From: Fibrobacterota bacterium
GTDB lineage: Bacteria > Fibrobacterota > Fibrobacteria > UBA11236
Direction: 5' to 3'
Length of the DNA: 10,937 nucleotides
Assembly: GCA_043753995.1 (NCBI GenBank)
Contig: JAYUVP010000164.1
Location: forward strand, 1 to 10,937
The notes below the pieces were generated by a model. That model was not told the origin of the DNA, did no database searches, and saw nothing but the letters and a program-made list of their open reading frames with translations. This document shows positions 6,874 through 10,937 of this stretch, in pieces. Position 1 is the first letter of the stretch, and the number at the start of each line of letters is the position of its first letter. Both the position numbers and the translations under genes were made by a program.

Positions 6874-7620
6874 ATGCTCAAGGGAATTGCCGCCTTCTTC
6901 ATTGTTTTTCAGGTCGCCGCGGCTATTCCTCCGGGAGAAATGTCTCTCATTCCTCCCGGTTTTTTTCAACCGCCCTTCGCCAAGGATTCCACGCTTAAGC
7001 AATTAGCCGTCCCACGCTTCTGGTTAGATAAAGTCCCGGTCACCCAAGCAGAATTCCAAAGGTTTGTGACCCTGAATCCCGAATGGAAAAGCAAACCCTT
7101 TCGTCCCATGTTACGTGACTCGAATTACTTGCAGAATTGGCGAGACGGAAAGCCCCCTTCCGGCCAGGAGAATCATCCGGTGACTTGGGTCTCCTGGCAT
7201 GCGGCGAAGGCCTATTGCGCCGAACAAAAAAAGCGCCTGCCCACTACCATGGAATGGGAAAGGGTGGCAGCCACGCGTGCTTCGGGCCTCGATTCCGCCG
7301 AGTCGATGCGCCGAATTCTCGATTGGTTTGCTCGCCCTGCTTCCTTAGGCACCGATACCGTCGGCAGCGGCATGATCCATGATTTCGGCGTGAGTGACTT
7401 GCATGGCCTGATTTGGGAATGGACCTCGGATTATAAATCCTGGGGTTATGCCACCTTCAATACCAGCCGCGTCGAAGACAGCGCGCAATTTTGCGGCGGC
7501 GGCGGCAATAAGGGAAACTCCTCCGACTATATCCTGTTTATGCGTTATGGTTTTCGCTCCAGCTTGCAACCGCATTTCGCCGTCGCTTCCTTGGGCTTTC
7601 GCTGTGCGAAAGATCCTTGA
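6874..7620 (+). CDS. Formylglycine-generating-enzyme (FGE-sulfatase/SUMF1) fold protein, NirV-like nirK accessory
   Basis: Signal peptide, then FWLDKVPVTQAEFQRFV, HPVTWVSWHAAKAYC..KRLPTTMEWE, FGVSDLHGLIWEW and C-terminal LGFRCA. Starts 7 bp after the nirK stop. Confidence 0.9.
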   Translation: MLKGIAAFFIVFQVAAAIPPGEMSLIPPGFFQPPFAKDSTLKQLAVPRFWLDKVPVTQAEFQRFVTLNPEWKSKPFRPMLRDSNYLQNWRDGKPPSGQENHPVTWVSWHAAKAYCAEQKKRLPTTMEWERVAATRASGLDSAESMRRILDWFARPASLGTDTVGSGMIHDFGVSDLHGLIWEWTSDYKSWGYATFNTSRVEDSAQFCGGGGNKGNSSDYILFMRYGFRSSLQPHFAVASLGFRCAKDP

Positions 7621-7630
7621 GAAAGGTTTT

Positions 7631-8221
7631 ATGATTCGCATCCCATTTAAAATCACGGCACTCTGCCTCGCCCTGGGGCTTCCCGGGCTTAGCCATTCCG
7701 CCGATGGCGGCAACAAGCCACCCTTGCCTGAGAAAAGCATTTACCAGCTATCCTCGTCGTGGAAAACCGATGATCAAAAATCGCTCCAGCTCGCCGAGTT
7801 GCGAGGCAAGCCGCGCCTCATGGCCATGTTTTTCAGCCAATGCGAATCGGTTTGCCCCATGCTCATTGGCCAATTGAAGTTACTCGAACAGAATTTGCCT
7901 GAAGATTTGAAGCGGAAATTCGGCTTCGTTTTGGTTTCATTTGATATCGCGCGCGACAGCCTGCAAGCCCTGGTCGACTATCGCGCCCACATGGGCCTTA
8001 GCCCCGATCGCTGGTTGCTCTTACGGGGAAATGCCGACGACACGCGCGAATTGGCTTTTTTGCTGGGCATAGATTATCAACCCGGAGGCAAAGGCCAAAT
8101 CGATCACAATGGACTTATCGTCCTCCTCGATTCCGAAGGCCGTATCGTCACCAGCGTATCGCGCATTGAGGACCGGAATGCCTTCATGCAAACCATGCGA
8201 TCGATGAAGGCGAATCCATAA
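7631..8221 (+). CDS. SCO1/SenC family copper chaperone
   Basis: ATG 7631 follows SD GAAAGG. Signal peptide (..SHS|AD), CxxxC motif FFSQCESVCP, VLVSFD, and a conserved His in QIDHNGLIVLLDSEGRI. Confidence 0.92.
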   Translation: MIRIPFKITALCLALGLPGLSHSADGGNKPPLPEKSIYQLSSSWKTDDQKSLQLAELRGKPRLMAMFFSQCESVCPMLIGQLKLLEQNLPEDLKRKFGFVLVSFDIARDSLQALVDYRAHMGLSPDRWLLLRGNADDTRELAFLLGIDYQPGGKGQIDHNGLIVLLDSEGRIVTSVSRIEDRNAFMQTMRSMKANP

Positions 8222-8228
8222 GTAAAAC

Positions 8229-8242
8229 CGCCATCGATGGCG
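8229..8242. repeat. Perfect 14-bp palindrome
   Basis: CGCCATCGATGGCG is its own reverse complement. It lies 7 bp after the SCO stop. Confidence 0.8.
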
Positions 8243-8252
8243 ATGGAATTAT

Positions 8253-8290
8253 TAGAGCCGGTCTCAAAATTCCTTTTGAGACCGGCTCTA
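8253..8290. terminator. Perfect 17-bp inverted repeat between convergent genes; probable bidirectional terminator/stabiliser
   Basis: TAGAGCCGGTCTCAAAA-TTCC-TTTTGAGACCGGCTCTA between the sco and pckG stops. No clear U-tract on either side. Confidence 0.6.
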
Positions 8291-8294
8291 GTTG

Positions 8295-10088
8295 CTAAAG
8301 GCGAGCGATGAGCAATTCGCGCTGAAAGATCAATTCCTTAGGCAAATGCCCATAGAGCTTGATGAAAAGCTCGTCCTGGGAAATTACCTCACGTTTCCAC
8401 GCATCGATGTCTATGGTTTGCAGGTTTTCAAAATCCTTGGGCGTCATATTTGTGCCCTGTAAATTGATATCGTCAGCGAAAGGCATCCAACCCAGGGGAG
8501 TTTCCAGCCCATTGGCGCGGCCACGGCAACGATCGACTATCCATTGCAGCACGCGCATATTGTCCCCGAAACCCGGCCACAGGAATTTACCGTCGGAGCC
8601 TTTGCGAAACCAATTCACATGAAAGAATTTGGGAGGGCGCTGAATAAGCTTACGCATGCGCAGCCAATGCTCGAAATAATCGCCCATGTTATAGCCGCAA
8701 AAAGGCAACATGGCGAAAGGATCGCGTCTCACCTTGCCCACTTGGCCTTCCGCCGCCGCCGTCGTTTCCGAGCCCACGGTAGCGCCGAGATAAACACCAT
8801 GAATCCAATTAAAGGCTTGAAAAACCAAGGGAACATTGCTGGGTCGCCGGCCGCCGAAAATGATGGCGCTAATGGGCACCCCTTGCGGATCTTCCCAAAG
8901 CGGATCAATGCTCGGGCATTGCGATGCGGGCGAACTGAAACGCGAATTGGGATGCGCCGCAGGACGACCGCAATCCGGTGTCCATTCCTTGCCCTGCCAG
9001 TCCCAAATCTTGCCAGTCGGAATTTCGCCCATGCCTTCCCACCACACATCCCCAGCTTCCGTGAGGGCCACATTAGTGAACAACGTGTTTTTCGCCAGAG
9101 AAGCCATGGCATTGGGGTTGGTTTGAACATTGGTGCCCGGCGCGACGCCGAAAAATCCCGCTTCGGGATTGATGGCATGCAAACGCCCATCGGCATGCGG
9201 CTTGAGCCAGGCGATATCATCGCCCACCGTGGTGATTTTCCAGTCTTTATAAGCTGGCGGAGGCACCAACATGGCGAAATTGGTTTTACCGCATTGGCTG
9301 GGGAAAGCCGCCGTTACATAGGTTTTATCGCCCTGGGGCGATTCCACGCCGAGTATGAGCATGTGCTCCGCGAGCCATCCCTCGTCACGGCCCAGGGAGC
9401 TGGCAATACGTAGGGCAAAGCACTTTTTGCCGAGCAAGGCATTGCCGCCATAGCCGCTTCCGAAAGACCAAATCGATCGCTCTTCGGGAAAATGCACGAT
9501 GTATTTGTCCTTGGCATTGCAAGGCCAGGCTACGTCCTTTTGTCCCGGCTCCAAGGGCATACCCACCGAGTGAAGGCAAGGCACGAAATCGTCCTCGCCC
9601 AAGGCGCGCAAGGCCGCTTCGCCCATGCGCGTCATGATGCGCATGCTGGCCACCACATAAGGGCTGTCGGTAACTTCAATGCCGATTCTGGAAATGGGTC
9701 CGCCAATGGGGCCCATGCTGAAAGGAACGACATACAAGGTGCGGCCTCGCATGCAGCCTTTGAAAAGGCGCAGCAAGGTCTCTTTCATGACCGCCGGAGC
9801 CATCCAATTATTCGTCGGTCCAGCCTCGTCCTGAGATCGCGCGCAAATAAAGGTCCTTTCCTCCACACGTGCCACATCATCGGGTGTTGAGCGACAGTAA
9901 TAGCTGCCGGGACGCAATTTTGGATTGAGGCGAATCATGGTCCCTGCTTGAACCATGCTTTCGCAAAGCGAGTCGAATTCGGCTTGGCTACCATCGCACC
10001 AATGGATGCGATCGGGTTGGCAAAGGGTTTTCAAACTGTCTATCCATTGCCGTACTTTGAGGCCAGCCAAATTCTCCATGTTTTCCAC
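8295..10088 (-). CDS. pckG: Phosphoenolpyruvate carboxykinase (GTP)
   Basis: [38 protein letters not shown]-loop [52 protein letters not shown] at 10088 lies 7 nt after SD AGGAG (10100-10096), giving 597 aa; ATG 10079 is an alternative start. Confidence 0.97.
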   Translation of the reverse strand: MENMENLAGLKVRQWIDSLKTLCQPDRIHWCDGSQAEFDSLCESMVQAGTMIRLNPKLRPGSYYCRSTPDDVARVEERTFICARSQDEAGPTNNWMAPAVMKETLLRLFKGCMRGRTLYVVPFSMGPIGGPISRIGIEVTDSPYVVASMRIMTRMGEAALRALGEDDFVPCLHSVGMPLEPGQKDVAWPCNAKDKYIVHFPEERSIWSFGSGYGGNALLGKKCFALRIASSLGRDEGWLAEHMLILGVESPQGDKTYVTAAFPSQCGKTNFAMLVPPPAYKDWKITTVGDDIAWLKPHADGRLHAINPEAGFFGVAPGTNVQTNPNAMASLAKNTLFTNVALTEAGDVWWEGMGEIPTGKIWDWQGKEWTPDCGRPAAHPNSRFSSPASQCPSIDPLWEDPQGVPISAIIFGGRRPSNVPLVFQAFNWIHGVYLGATVGSETTAAAEGQVGKVRRDPFAMLPFCGYNMGDYFEHWLRMRKLIQRPPKFFHVNWFRKGSDGKFLWPGFGDNMRVLQWIVDRCRGRANGLETPLGWMPFADDINLQGTNMTPKDFENLQTIDIDAWKREVISQDELFIKLYGHLPKELIFQRELLIARL

Positions 10089-10093
10089 GGAAT

Positions 10094-10189
10094 AACTCCT
10101 AACGACGAGGGCTCGGGTTAAAACAACCCGCCAGCCGGACTGACAAACCTCGTTTTCGCAAGGTAAACACGGGTAGCCCGCCTCTACCC
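10094..10189 (-). promoter_or_regulatory. Candidate structured 5' leader (cis-regulatory RNA) of pckG
   Basis: Several short stems, including mutually exclusive pairings, end at the SD (see findings). No match recognised to a known riboswitch class. Confidence 0.35.
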
Positions 10190-10274
10190 TATTTAACTTT
10201 GTAATTAGGCATACACCCCATGCGCAATTCCGATTTCGCCTGGGTTGGCAAGTAATGCTTCGGAGGAAACGACG

Positions 10275-10763
10275 ATGGCTTTGAAAACGAATCCAGACAT
10301 CCTGATCGAGGAACTTCGCAAAATCATGGCGCGTCAAGGCACCACTGATCCCGCTTGCGATTTGGTTTTGGATAAGGTTTTAGAAGCCTTTGATTGTCAG
10401 GTGGGCACCATCCATAGCCTCGATCGCGATACCGGCATGCTTAAATTGCGCGCTCGACGTGGCATACCCGACATCATCCTCGACAAAGTCCGCATGATAC
10501 CCATAGGGAAGGGCATGGCGGGACTCGCCGCCGAACGCAAGCAAGCCGTGCAAGTTTGCAACCTGCAAACCGACGATAGCGGTGCAGCGAAACCCGGCGC
10601 CAAGAACACGCAAATGGAAGGGTCCGTGGCCGCCCCCATGCTACTCGACGGGAAATTGCTCGGCACCATAGGTATAGCCAAGCCCGTCGCCTATGAATTC
10701 ACCAAGGAAGAAATGGATAGCCTCATGGCTATCGGCTCTCTCATCGCCTCCTACTTGCTTTAA
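10275..10763 (+). CDS. Stand-alone GAF domain protein
   Basis: SD GGAGG at 10262-10266. GAF signature GTIHSLD...[31 protein letters not shown]...[20 protein letters not shown]...[10 protein letters not shown]. No output domain. Confidence 0.92.
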   Translation: MALKTNPDILIEELRKIMARQGTTDPACDLVLDKVLEAFDCQVGTIHSLDRDTGMLKLRARRGIPDIILDKVRMIPIGKGMAGLAAERKQAVQVCNLQTDDSGAAKPGAKNTQMEGSVAAPMLLDGKLLGTIGIAKPVAYEFTKEEMDSLMAIGSLIASYLL

Positions 10764-10772
10764 CGATTTCCT

Positions 10773-10937
10773 TTAGGGCAAAGCAAGAGCATTGACCGCT
10801 GCTTGAATCAAGCCTATCACCACGCCTAAGGCTCCTCCAATCCAAGCGATCTCACGAAATTCGCGGTAGCCGATTTTCTCGATAATGTCATTCAGTTGAG
10901 TGACGTCGAAAGCCATGATATTGCGGCGCAAAGTTGC
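10773..10937 (-). CDS. DUF445/YheB-like membrane protein, C-terminal fragment (not in the ORF track)
   Basis: The minus-strand frame reads ATLRRNIMAFDVTQLNDIIEKIGYREFREIAWIGGALGVVIGLIQAAVNALALP*. This matches the DUF445 C-terminal pattern (fd..elE.ii.....rEl..I...GgvlG..IGliQ). Stop at 10775-10773. Confidence 0.75.
   Translation of the reverse strand, partial: ATLRRNIMAFDVTQLNDIIEKIGYREFREIAWIGGALGVVIGLIQAAVNALALP

Noticed and set aside
5475..6902. Minus-strand ORFs (138, 103 and 176 aa) opposite nirK
   Set aside because: Antisense shadows with no recognisable domain.
6874..7620. True formylglycine-generating enzyme or DGR target protein
   Set aside because: It has no catalytic Cys pair, and there is no sulfatase, reverse transcriptase or template repeat in the window. 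The context fits a NirV-like protein.
7448..7630. N-terminal extension of the SCO ORF
   Set aside because: It overlaps the FGE-fold gene. An SD and a signal peptide support ATG 7631.
8239..8256. GGCGATGGAATT resembling the start of a fluoride riboswitch
   Set aside because: It lacks the downstream complementary CGCC and the pseudoknot, and no co-directional gene follows.
8544..9890. Long + strand ORFs (289 aa and 132 aa) antisense to pckG
   Set aside because: They lie codon-for-codon opposite a conserved gene and show no motifs. These are typical antisense shadow ORFs.
10245..10260. TTGGCAAGTAATGC as a sigma54 promoter for the GAF gene
   Set aside because: The GG to GC spacing is 8 nt, not the required 10.
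10089..10337. 83-aa N-terminal extension of PckG in the ORF track
   Set aside because: It overlaps the divergent GAF gene and has no PEPCK-like sequence. A good SD precedes GTG 10088.

Overview
Bacterial chromosomal window of moderate GC with no rRNA, tRNA, CRISPR array or intact mobile element. From left to right: the 3' end of an ABC-2 permease; a TPR-like putative lipoprotein (-) head-to-head with a lone MlaD/MCE gene (+); three hypothetical genes (+); an NtrC-type sigma54 response regulator (-) divergent from an apparent three-gene operon; a 17-bp perfect inverted repeat; GTP-dependent PEP carboxykinase (-) divergent from a stand-alone GAF protein (+); and the 3' end of a DUF445-like membrane protein (-). 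The operon encodes a copper nitrite reductase fused to cytochrome c (nirK), an FGE-sulfatase/NirV-like protein and a SCO copper chaperone. The most notable signals are (i) a correctly spaced -24/-12 sigma54 promoter plus palindromic operator-like sites upstream of nirK, facing the divergent enhancer-binding protein, (ii) a structured pckG leader with mutually exclusive pairings that could hide the Shine-Dalgarno, and (iii) an IS5-end-like hairpin. All family calls come from motif recognition by eye, not database searches.
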